A stretch of 64,000 nucleotides of DNA from Curvularia clavata (lineage: Eukaryota). The stretch covers positions 1,674,001-1,738,000 of the forward strand of contig CP089280.1 in assembly GCA_023920165.1 (NCBI GenBank). Reading direction: 5' to 3'. The position numbers and the translations under genes are program-made. The stretch's first letter is position 1; every line of letters starts with the position of its first letter. This document shows, one piece after another, positions 26,301 to 37,256 of this stretch. The notes under the pieces are model-generated. The model was given only the letters and a program-made list of their open reading frames with translations, did not search any database and was not told the origin of the DNA.

Positions 26301-27342
26301 GGGCATCACAGTACAAAAACGATACAACCTTTATCATCAACACCTCCTTCCGATCGTTACCTACGCATGCGCCGGCTGGTTTCTCACTGATCCACCGAAC
26401 GAAAAGCGTCATGGGAAACTGAGTTATGGAATTTCCAAATCCGCCATCGATACTCTGGAATCCCTCCAAACAGAGATCCTTCTTTTCCTCTCGAAAGCTT
26501 GGAAACGAACCCCTAGGCAATTAATTGAGAACGAAATGCACATCAGACCGATTGTCTTGAAGCTACATGAGGTCGCAATGAATCACCGTTGCAGAAAACT
26601 GGACTCAAACGAGCATGAGTTTATGCGAAAGACTAGAGGTTTTTGCGAAGTAAAAGGACAAAGAAAGCACCCTCATGACCAAATGGACCGGGTGGTAAGG
26701 AATTATGTGCGCCAAATCTGGGATTACAAGTCGCTTCATTTCGGAGAGGCAGACTGTGAGCGATGTTGGGCAAAACCAGCAACGCGGAAAAAGTGGATCA
26801 AAGATTTCTTCGACCTCGAGCTCTTCGTGGAAGCCAAGGCACAGTTCACCTTCTGGTTACATGTTCAAGCAATCCCGCGTTCAGCAGTTTGGAAGTTCGC
26901 ACAGCCAGCATACCAAGCCAATTACGGCGAGCATACTTTGCATCTGTATTTTGGTTTGGATACCGCCCAGCAAACAATGCTTTTGGGTATGCGCACTGGG
27001 AATCTCGGTGTCAATGCTAATCCAGTCTTCCGCAACGCCATAAAAAGCAAGAACATGAGCTGCCCAAAGTGCGGAGCAACTCTCCATACTGTCAAACATC
27101 TCTTATGCGAGTGTCCGGCTCTAAGCAGGGCGAGGACATATTTGACGGGAGCCGCTGGACACAACGATTTCAACTTGTTCATGAATCGCGATACTGAGCT
27201 CGCGACATCATGGGCCATTGCGCACTTTGGTCTGTCGCAGTTCGATTCGGTCAAGAACAAAAAGAAATACCAATTTCCTCAAAAGCCAAAGGTTGTGCGT
27301 GACGGGATTTTACTAGATGAGAGACAAGGACTCGCCACGTAG
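23166..27342 (+). CDS. Five-exon non-LTR-type APE endonuclease-reverse transcriptase-CCHC protein (~1321 aa)
   Basis: Exons 23166-23393, 23451-23471, 23518-24978, 25041-26195 and 26242-27342. All four introns are GT-AG and phase 0, and splicing gives one open frame. APE motifs DVIAIQDP, HNFYN, VVGDSNLQHPLW, SSIDII, ESDH; RT motifs YRPIAVLNTLAKLLE, LDLTGAYD, GVPQGSPLS, YVDD; thumb STWG...LY...PIVTYACAGW; C-terminal CPKCGATLHTVKHLLCECP. Confidence 0.92.
23313..23387 (+). repeat. (AAG)25 trinucleotide repeat encoding poly-lysine in exon 1 of the RT gene
   Basis: 75 nt of perfect AAG in frame with ATG 23166, ending two codons before donor GTGAGC at 23394. Confidence 0.9.
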
Positions 27343-27636
27343 CATTAATACTATCCTGTTGTCATATCCGGCTTCGGCCTTTTGCGAAACATTTTGAGAA
27401 ACACTTTGGGTTTCATTTTTTATATTTGAATCAAACTTAACGAATACAGTTCGTAAGTATGCTAAGGTAGGTGTTTTTCGAACCGTTTAATGGCTGACTG
27501 CTGTTAGAGACCCAGCCTCCGCAACGCTACATCGGTAAGGAGACGTCTGGTAAGTGAATCGTACCCAGCTGGTCTATAAGGTATACAAGGGAAGACTAAC
27601 GACTATGCAGTCCGTCGTACCCTGCGATTTTATCAG

Positions 27637-28366
27637 TTAACAGGAATTGAAAGGCATGTCGTCCAACCTCTCCCTTACGTCCACCATCTCAACATCCTCC
27701 ATCTCCATGTCGCCGTCCCCATCCACGTCACCATCGTCGTCGCCATCGCCGTCCATGTCTACCTCCGCGTCCGTGTCCGTGTCGTCGTCCGACCGGCGTA
27801 GTCTCGACCGGATGAAATAGAGCGTTGCACCCATCCAAGCCACGCTTTTGTATGTTGATACTTTATCGATTCCACTGAAATATGCAAATATTGACTACTG
27901 CAGCGGATGCCATAACGCTGCCTCCATGTCCATGCACCCATCTGCGATAGCCTTCCTGATCTCATGGGTGTTGTATCCCAGCCATAACCAAACGTCCGGA
28001 GCAGGCAGCCTTGCCGTGTTCTTCTCAATCAACCGGTAGCTGAAGTCGTAAATTCGTAAGAATCATAGCTAAGAACTAGGGTCTATCAAGTATAATAATG
28101 AGATTGATAGTTGATGCGTCTTGCCTATTGATGAGCGCGATCTCCCGGCCTCGCGACTGTCGCAGCTGTATTATATCCACCTGGCATGTATGGCATAGAA
28201 TATAGTCGTCATTGTCGGGCATAGTCGTATCCAGAAAGTTGAGCCATTCAAAGAGCCACTTCTGTAGCTCTGTAGCAACTTTACTTGAGAGCGGCTCATA
28301 GAGAGCAGGCCGGGCGTCCAAAGAGAGAGTGACGGGGACTACCCGTTGTCCGGAGAGATTGGACAT
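27637..28366 (-). pseudogene. Possible degenerate small gene of unknown function
   Basis: Protein-like stretches MSNLSGQRVVPVTLSLD...QKWLFEWLNFL and YRLIEKNTARLPAPDVWLWLGY...HPLQ*SIFAYF...WMGATLYFIRSRL with an acidic tail. They are broken by stops and a frame change, and I found no clean splice solution. Confidence 0.3.
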
Positions 28367-29403
28367 GGTTGGTGTGTAGGATTCCTTTACATTTGTGCAC
28401 TTGTTAACGATTCTAACTTCAGATCTGAATTTGAAGAAGACTGAAGAAAGAGATGGGATGAGCTGAGTGTGCGATGCCGTCGATGGATTTTGCCGAGCTG
28501 GAGATTGAGTGTAAGGGTTATTTTCTGTAGGATCGCTAAGAGTGCTGACTTTCAAAGTCACAAGAGCAGAAGAGCAGGTATTTGTAGGCAGTGTGCGCTG
28601 CTCTGATGCTATGGTAAAGGATCACCAATTTGCTTTTGCACCAACCATTTACTTACAATGAATAGTGTCCTCATCACAACCACGGTTCGACAACTTCAGG
28701 GTTTTCTCTGCCCGTTGTTGGCCGCCCAATGGGCTTCTGCCCATTGGAGTGTAAGTTCATTTATTATTTGTCAACCCACCGATGAAGTGCATACTTATAT
28801 TGTCCAGTATTGTTGTTGTTCTGATTTGGATCTGTACCACATTTTGGATTCGACACGTGAAGCCGAAGGCACTGGAGCCTGAGGCACGGGAGCTTGAGTA
28901 AGTATCCGAAACTCTAGACAGCCTCCCCTATTCATACTGAGATCTATACAGGGCCTCGCGTTCGAATCCCCCCTTGGACATAGTCCTTTTTTGAATTTTT
29001 GAATTTTGGTGGGCTGAGGGGCGGCCTGCCTTTGTTTTGAGACCACTTTTTGATGTTGGCCAATCGCCACAGGCGAGCCAGTTATGAGAAACAAAAACAG
29101 AAATAAATAACCACGGGCCCCTCCCGTGAAAAGAAAACTCCTCACCTCTTCCCTATGCAGTTTCATGCGTGAAATGTTGATGCCTATGCCAAGCCACAGT
29201 GTACCATGGATAGCTTTACTAGTACCCCGCCTGGTCAATATGTGGCCCCAGCATCATCATAAATACTCTCTTCCTGTATTGTCTTCGGCCCATCACTATG
29301 ATACTCACGACTTTAATTCAAATCCGGACAATCCTATCGAGCCATTGAGATCTTCCTAGTTCAACCGGCAATCCTTCGAGGACGCTGCACACCTTCACCG
29401 AGC

Positions 29404-30885
29404 ATGTCGCCATTATTTCGACTACCACGAGAGCTACGAGATATCATTTACGACTTCTATATCCGCTGTGACGGCGGCTACGTGTATAACGCAGAGACCC
29501 AAAAATTCAGGAGGGCTGATGGGGATCCGATTTCCTGTGCACTAGCCCTCACCTGTCGACAAGCTGCGTCTGAGCTGGAAGGACTGGCTTTTCAAGTGAA
29601 CCCAATCACATTCTCGTCTACTCCTATTAGCTCTTTGCGTGAGCAGGTGGCGCTACATCATGAAGTAGCTTGCGCATTCGCCGAAAATGGTTATTTTTTG
29701 ATCTCTCAAACAGGCCGCTTTTTGGTGACGCAAGAGATGCGTGAACGAGTAGCAGAGGCCTATCCCCAATTCGCACCATACCTCGAGATTTGGTTGAAAG
29801 AAAGGGTCCTCGGAGACCGTTGGGGTTGGGAATGGGACTATACTGTTGGTGAAGCTCGATCTATCTGGTGCGATTTTCAGCGGTTCCTAGCGCAGCTTAT
29901 CTCAAGGCACCCAGCCTTGCACGAGACGATCAAGGCTTTACCCGCAAACTCAGGCATTTATATGCCTTCTGTCGATTTGCTACAACGTGATGATATAAAC
30001 TTCGAGCCCTGGCGCATCTACGACAAAACCGAGCTTGAGCGTTTGTCAAACATGCTGTCTTTCTGCCCAATACCCTGGGGTCGGATTCATCCTGAAACGA
30101 AGCTCACATATTCCGCTGCTTCAACAGCTCTTCAGTTTCTCAATAAATGCACCAGGAAGGTCCGAAAACATATTCGCAAAATCATTTTGATCGAGAACAA
30201 GGTTTTAACTGGGAGGTCCGAGAGCTATGGCCGTGGCTTTATACCATTTTGTCGGGAAAACAGATGTCTACATGTGGAACGCCGGGTAAACCTCTGGAGA
30301 ACGGTATTCGGACCTACTTCTGGAGACCAGGCTACTTATACCTTTGGCTGGACTGAGTGGGACGCTAGGCAATTCAAGAACGAACGTCTACGGGCTAGAG
30401 ATGTCACACGGTCAGTTGGAAAATGGATGACTGAGGCTTTGGCATTACCTTCGCTAGGAATGCCCGAGGAATCGTACACCCTTGTCTTCGATGGCAATCC
30501 AGTACCGGAACTGTCTTCGAAGGTCTTCCGCATAATCCAGCGGGATGCCGCCTGGCAAGCTGCGCTTGACGCCTGTTATTCTCGCGGTTTGTTTCCAGAG
30601 GTTTCTTGGCAAATCGGCCGTCGGCAAAACAAGTGCTACCAATTTGAGGGATTACCGGAAGTAATGCAGATGCTCCTGACCGGCAGTAGCTCTCTAATCC
30701 AATGCAATTTTGATCTCGGTGCACCATACGACGTCGAACAGATTCTTGAAGACCATCGCGGTTGGGATTGGGCAACATGGTCTGAATCATGGTCATCACA
30801 CGAGCCGAGCACTTTCCAAACGGAACCGCCATTGCCGCCATGGCATAAGTGGTGTTGGAAGCAATATTACGGTTATTATGATTAG
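29404..30885 (+). CDS. Intronless fungal hypothetical protein with an N-terminal F-box-like motif
   Basis: 493-aa ORF starting MSPLFRLPRELRDIIYDFY, followed by ALALTCRQ. This pattern is typical of expanded ascomycete-specific families; function unknown. Confidence 0.8.
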   Translation: MSPLFRLPRELRDIIYDFYIRCDGGYVYNAETQKFRRADGDPISCALALTCRQAASELEGLAFQVNPITFSSTPISSLREQVALHHEVACAFAENGYFLISQTGRFLVTQEMRERVAEAYPQFAPYLEIWLKERVLGDRWGWEWDYTVGEARSIWCDFQRFLAQLISRHPALHETIKALPANSGIYMPSVDLLQRDDINFEPWRIYDKTELERLSNMLSFCPIPWGRIHPETKLTYSAASTALQFLNKCTRKVRKHIRKIILIENKVLTGRSESYGRGFIPFCRENRCLHVERRVNLWRTVFGPTSGDQATYTFGWTEWDARQFKNERLRARDVTRSVGKWMTEALALPSLGMPEESYTLVFDGNPVPELSSKVFRIIQRDAAWQAALDACYSRGLFPEVSWQIGRRQNKCYQFEGLPEVMQMLLTGSSSLIQCNFDLGAPYDVEQILEDHRGWDWATWSESWSSHEPSTFQTEPPLPPWHKWCWKQYYGYYD

Positions 30886-31679
30886 TTTTCTTTTATCGCT
30901 TGGTCTGGGAATCTGGATTGGGTGGCTTCCAGCAATGTGGCTCTTTATTTGCGGTGACTTATATCAGCCCTAGAATCTAGATAGGAGGATTTAATCTGCT
31001 GAGTTCACATTTTCTTTGCTTATTCCCAAAACTCAAATCATTACCCTCCTGGAGCCAATGCTAGGAGCGACAGAATTCGTCTGGTCAGCAAAACATCCCA
31101 TTGGAGGATGGCTGCATCTCATGCAGTACGATTACATCGACAAATATTTATTTCATGTAGCGCATAATAACAGACTATATTTTACTGAGCGCGCAATGTA
31201 GTGAGAATAACACCGTTGTGTTAACATAAACGGATAATCATGCCGAAACAGTTCGACAGATTCGTCTACACAGGCTCACGTCATTGGTTTTGATGTAGAT
31301 TGTGACAGTAGATTTAGGTCTGCAGTCAATGTGTATGATAATGAGATTGATATGCAAGCAGTAAAATTCAATGTGCTCGTATCCCCTGGCGAAGAGCGCA
31401 GGACATGGCATTGATCTGCAGCCCGAGATTTGGCATATATATTGTCTGACCAAGGTTGTTGCACGGGAGGATATAGTGCCAGAACAAACCACAAAATTCT
31501 AAGTCCGGGCGTGAGAGGTAGTGTTGGACTGGTGACATGACATGGCACGTGCACCGTGTCGTGTTGCGTCGTGTCATGTCGCGTCGTGCCGCCTCGTATC
31601 ACGTCACGAGTGGAAAACCAATATTCCCTCCGTAGCTGGCTTCTTAATACTGAAGCATTAGATCTCTGCACATCTCACA

Positions 31680-32620
31680 ATGCACTCTGAAGAATTCCCG
31701 GGTTTCGAGCTGGTCAGTACCGACGGCAGTTTACTCGACAATGGAAAGGCGACGGCTGTTGCTGGCACAGGCGTTTACTTTGGTCCCAACGACCACAGGT
31801 GAGCACTGTTCTGTCCGACCATGCCATCACGCTCCACTCCTAACCAGCACGTATGTAGAAACTATAGCGAGCCTTTGGGACCAGGCCCGCAGACCAACCA
31901 ACGTGCGGAGCTCAAAGGCGTCTTGAAGGTGTTGCAAATACTGCCCGTCACACAGAATGTGCTAATTGAATCTGATTCTACATATGCTATCATGTGCGTG
32001 ACAGAATGGTATCCCAAGTGGGAGTTGAAAAGCTGGCAGAAGTTCGAAGGCAAGAAGTACAACAACATGGATCTAATCAAGCGCACTGTTCAGTTGTTAG
32101 AAAAGCGCGACGCAATAGGTACCAAAACCTATTTTCGTTGGGTCAAGGGTCACTCGGGCAATCCAGGCAATGAAGCGGCTGACAAGCTGGCTGGTGAAGG
32201 AGCACGGTATGTTTTACAATTGCCATAAACTTGACTAGAATTGAGTGCCAACACAAGCATACCAGGCGCGAACACGTACGACTCTACGGCGAACCCCAAG
32301 AGAAGAGACCTCAGAAGAAGAACCCACAGTTTATTCAGTCTGGCGTCCCATTCGGCTACAAGGTAGTAAGACTTCCAAATGGGCAAGAAGATCTAGAGCG
32401 TGATCAAAACCAAGTAGACAGGTACATACAAGACGGAAAGGCGAGAGCAGAAGAGAGAAAGAGGAAGTGGAAGAAGGTCTCGGAGAATAGACGTTGTAGG
32501 GGAGGAAGTGCAGCACAGCGGGTGGCAATCAAGGCAGCCAAAGCAAACAAAGCTTCCAAGGCGGACCACGAAGAAGCAACTCCAGATCCAGCATCAAATA
32601 ATACCACAGTATACTCCTAG
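31680..32620 (+). CDS. Stand-alone ribonuclease H (RNase HI-type catalytic domain) with a probable basic C-terminal extension
   Basis: ATG 31680; exon 1 VSTDGSLLDNG...GTGVYFGPNDH; intron 31799-31858; then NYSEPLGPGPQTNQRAEL, IESDSTYA, WVKGHSGNPGNEAADKLA (D-E-D-H-D set intact). A 32-nt GTATGT...CTAG intron (32207-32238) would add ORF 32240-32620 in frame; otherwise the gene stops at 32228. Confidence 0.9.
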
Positions 32621-32877
32621 TGTGCAAACATCCATTGATTCATCCATTCCGGTTTTGCGTTTTACGTCCAGAGGCTCGGTTCTCAACACTTCAGGTTCGT
32701 CAGTAGAAATGACTCCCAAATGCGACACACAAGGAACCTAAGCTACAGGATTGAGTTTTCGTGCTATTCTTCACTTCTGTAATACAAATCATATGAATAG
32801 GCTAGTTATGTCCAGATAGTCAAAACAACTAAAACTGAGTGCAATTCCATTAATCTCCCTCTATTCTAAACCCAAAT

Positions 32878-34845
32878 CTATACTTCTAATAAGCTCTTCA
32901 CTTCCTTGACCAGCAGCCGATCCTCAGCTGCCGTTGCTTGAACATTACCCATAGTACCCGCTGCGTCCATGACCCTCCATAGGTCTCTCAGCTCACCGTT
33001 CATATCAGCCCCATACACCAGCCATCCAACGCTGATGACACCCATCTTCTTGTTGTCGCTCCACTGCTCTTCAGTGCTGATGTTTTCGAGCAGCGAAGCG
33101 AGAAGCTCTACCTGCTCGGCATCTGGAAGTTCAGACTCTGAAGGCAAAGAAGGCGAGGTGTTGGCCGTGTACTTCTTCATCCGTATTTGATGGTTGGAAG
33201 AGGTGATGTTCATTGCCAAGTTGAGCGCCGAGGCCTTGAGCGCGGGGTGTTTCTCATCGAGAAGGGCCGTGGTCAGGATTGAGATCAGAGTCGATGAGAC
33301 GGGCGGCGAAAGAAGGTGTGGTATGAAGAGAGGCGAAGAAAAAAGGTTACATGCGAGATGCAAGGTCGTGAGTCGGAGGGGATATGGCGCGCTATCACCC
33401 AGTTTGTCTACGTGGTCTAGTAGATGGTGTACCGTGGCCGGTGTGCCCGTCGCACCTTTGTGCTCTTCTGCGAAGAACCCAGCGACACGGGCATCGGTAA
33501 GAGAAATTCTAAGCAGATCCAGGGCAGTGAACAGAAGCTCGGTTGGGAGTACCGTTGTACTTTTCCTCAAAAATTCGGCAAATTTCGGGAGTTCAGTAAG
33601 CGGAGCCTCAATAGCTCCTGATTTCTCGCGGACCTGGATGTAAGATACAATGGCTGAAACGGCAGGGTCGTTTCCGCTGTCTCCCATCTTCGCAACCAGC
33701 TTGTCCAATGGTGGTACCTTGGTAAATCTGATAGGTCTTTGGCTCTGCCGCATGAGCAAAGGTGTGCTTTTGTCCAGATGCGGGTGCGGGGGGAATGCCG
33801 TATTGAGCAGCATCTCTACGTTGCTACGGAGCTGCCTGGGGTCGGCTCCACTCCATTCGTCTCTTTTCTCGCCCTTGAGGTAAGTGATGAAGGTCGGCGT
33901 CGCACGAACGTTGGGATAGCGACTATTGATCGAGCCCTCTGCGTGGCTGAAATCAATTTTGATGAAGACACACTTTGCTCCTGCTTCAGCAGCAAGTTCG
34001 TCGTATGGCTGGTATACAAGCTTGCAAGGAGCACATGTTGAGCTTGTGAAGAATATGATAGCGCAACGGTCCTTGGCGAGGCCCAGCAAGCGATCCAAGT
34101 CTGTTAGTGCCGTGATGTTGTTAACCTTGCCGGTGCTCATCTCTATTTCAGTCATATTACGGTTGGAGGAAGCTGCTGCTGTCGTTCCGTTCGTAGTACT
34201 CCCACCAGAAGGTTGTACTTGGCCCGCCTGAGGTGTAGGTGCCTGTACAATGGGTCTCATCGCGGCATCAATCTGTGGTTTCAGCATTTGGCCAAATGGT
34301 GTGTTGAGAACAGTTTGCGGGAGAGAGGTAATGTGATCTGGTATTCCCTTGCCAACAAGGAACATGGCGAAATCGTTGGAGAAGTTGTTGCAGTTATGCG
34401 CGAATAGATCGTATGACTGCATCTGTGTTAATTCATGTATTTGAAATCTTTATCCAAATTCACTTACCTCGGGTGTATATATCTTCTTCAGGGACTCTAG
34501 ATACTCTAGGATCACTTCCATGGGAAGCGCAGTCTGCCCAAGCTTGATGATTTCCATAGGCCGTCCATGATGGGTCTGCCCCGCTCTACACGTCTGCACT
34601 CCTTGTCCAAAGTAATACTCTATGCCACCAAAGACGATGGAGGTGTGGTATACGGCATCGATTTGTATTCCAAGGAACGACTGAGACATGCTCTTCGCAA
34701 GACCCTAACAACATTAGAACCAGTTTTCTATGACACGCTTGCACAGTAGCAGCGATGCGCTTTTCGGGATCAAGAGATCAGATTATGCCACTTTATGACA
34801 GGCACTTACTTGGGAAAGGTCATACACGTATAGTTCTACGTCCAT
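32878..34845 (-). CDS. PPPDE/DeSI desumoylating isopeptidase fused to thioredoxin-like and PUL domains
   Basis: Spliced MDVELYVYDLSQ-GLAKSMSQSFLG...YHTSIV (catalytic His)...YDLFAHNCNNFS (catalytic Cys); thioredoxin-like TCAPC...ATPTF; helical PUL-like C-terminus. Confidence 0.9.
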
Positions 34846-35523
34846 GATGGAGTTTCGCGCGCAGCCCACTCTACCTATCTCACAGCTCCCTGTTGTCCCA
34901 ACTGCGTTCGTTCTCAAGTATCGGATTTAGCGCAAGCCGTTGCAGTGCCAAACTCTTTAAGCCTCACGCGTCGTGTCGGCGTTGAACCTTTGTATGTACA
35001 AACGTAGGCGGCAGCGGTGACGTACTCAAAGAAGATTCGCGAAAGCCCCAGGCGAACGCCACACCGCGGTCAGCCACATCGCGCTAGCACCTGACCGTAC
35101 TATCGGCACAATCCGAGTGGTGGGGGCTGCCGTGCATAACGCAAATACTGCAAACATGAGCGGTGTACCAGTAGCCTACAAGCGTCTCTCGGGTCGTCTC
35201 GGTATGTGGAGGGCTGCACGGCTGTTGGCATGCACGTTGCGGCTGAACCAAGATCGGACTAATGTCGATAAGCGATCTTTGACCAATCATAGTGCTGCAA
35301 AAAGGCAGAATGAAGGCATCCATAAATAACGGTTGTCGTCCTCGTCTCCTGGACACCAACCCGGCAATATTTTCATCTAGGAAAAATAGGGCATCAAATC
35401 CCGGAAGATTCCTGGCAAGTGTAGTAATGACCGTAAGAAACGTAAGTATTCATTAAATTTACGGAAACAACATTATACTAGGTAGTTCCTGTTTTCTTTT
35501 ACCAGTGTCTTTGCGAGCATGCT

Positions 35524-37256
35524 TCAGCAATCCAAGCTAACAATTGCCGCACTGCTCCAAGGAACATCCACCTTGAGCATACCGTTCTTACCTACATTGA
35601 TCTTCTCGCCGTAAGTAACATTGTTCAATCGAACAGGCTTTCCCTCGTCCAATTCGTAGTTGTAGCTGTAGCCGTCGAAAGTAATACCCGAGATGGCATC
35701 ACTGCCGTTTGCCATCAACCTCTGCACCCGCGCACTGCACCCAGAGCAACCAGGCAGCTTGAGTTCATATTTCTCCACAGGTCGCGGGAACGGGGTAGTG
35801 TAGTTGTTGTCAGTCGTGTTGTATGTATGGAGGTCCACAAGCAGGAGTCGGGCCAAGTTGTTGTTGGTGTAAGCAGCATATTGAGTCGAGAATTCGGAAG
35901 AAGACGGGAGATGAGCGATCTTCAGTTCAGTCTTTGGTGAATCTCGGTGCATGAATGCTGCAACGGCCACATTTCCGTAATACGGCGGCTTGGTTCCTTT
36001 GGTCGCGCGGTCGGTCTCAATCGGCTGCCACGATTGATAACGGTAATTGGTACCCTGGTGCATGTGGGAGCGAGAGATGTTCTGCGATGCAATATACGCG
36101 TTCCAATCGACACCCCACAACGCCGCACCGAAGCTGTTGCTCAAACCCGGTCGCCCTTGTCGGGCAAGGGAGTTGTGTTCGCCCAGGATATAAGGCGTGT
36201 TTGGGGGTGGCGCATTTGCTGATGCCCTGATATCATCTCGTACCTTCAGCTGACCCGAGGCCTTGACGATGACATTCGTGTGATTCATCAAGGTACCTTG
36301 TAACGTGATACCAAGATTGGTAGATACGCCCATATAGTTATGTCCAGCCACAATTTCGATGTTATCAGCTTTGTCTATGCCCGCCCTCCACGCTTTGACA
36401 GGGTCCAGGGTGAAGTATTCGTTTGCTGCAACACCTGCGAAACTTGGGGCCATATATTTGGTTCCAGCAAGTTTGGGGCATGCTGTCTTGACGGTTTCTG
36501 AAATGGCGTTTGTACCGTTCAACCATTCAGATACGTAATCGGCCTCGTTGTACTCGAGTGGTCGGTAACCAGAGGCATGGAAAAGATCAGGCTCGTTGCC
36601 ATACTCCCAGTACAAGAGATTGTTTCCAATAGCTTTGCAAGCGTATGCAGCAGATTTCCAAGTTGCGGCTCTTGCAGCGCTGGAGTTGGCGCCCATGTTG
36701 AAACCATGGGTGAACCTCGTACCCTTAGGCATAGTTTGATAGGATTCGAAGAAAGATGGACCAATAGTGATGATGGTCGGGTAGTCAGCCGAAACATTTG
36801 GGCGAATTATACCAACAAGGCCGGTCTTCTGGGATTCATCAAAAATGGCAATGTCTCTGAGTATCGAGTCAGCGCTGGATATTTCGTCTCCAAGGAAGAT
36901 TTCCAATTACTGGGTATTTCCTCCCACACGGGCAATTGGCATGGAACCTTGGAGTTTACCCAAGTTGCTCATGAGGTTGCTGGTGAAAACATTCGGGTTC
37001 GACAAGTTGCCTTCAAGTAAAGTATCAATACAACGCTGCAGCTGAGGGGACTATTGTGCATCATACCAGCAAAATCGGGCCATGAAGACAGCTCGAATGA
37101 GAAGGACATGAACGAGTCCAGCGGGATACCAGCATTTTGAGGAGCTGATTTCGAAACGTCGATCGATTTAGGTCTTGAAGGTAGACGAGCAGCTTCTACC
37201 TCTAGGGCTGCAATGAGGCATGACAAAAGGACGGAGCGGTTAATGTTGGACAACAT
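35524..37256 (-). CDS. Secreted glycoside hydrolase family 79 (beta-glucuronidase-like)
   Basis: Signal peptide MLSNINRSVLLSCLIAALEVEA, SFSFELSSWPDFAG, one intron, acid/base motif WEYGNEPDLF, nucleophile region ILGEHNS, and GLSNSFGAALWGVD. Confidence 0.9.

Noticed and set aside
23608..27342. Ordinary degenerate LINE with frameshifts and stops
   Set aside because: Every interruption is bounded by GT...AG with fungal intron length and restores the frame exactly, and ORF1 is on the opposite strand.
4476..27342. Functional link between TEL1 and the RT (telomere maintenance)
   Set aside because: Proximity only. NUP192 lies between them and there are no telomeric repeat arrays in the window.
28802..28980. 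Complete functional tRNA-Tyr with a long intron
   Set aside because: D-arm and T-stem pair poorly; kept only as a tRNA-like fragment.
19100..32870. Starship or DNA transposon carrying the island
   Set aside because: No tyrosine recombinase, DDE transposase or helicase ORF recognised, and no terminal repeats seen by eye.
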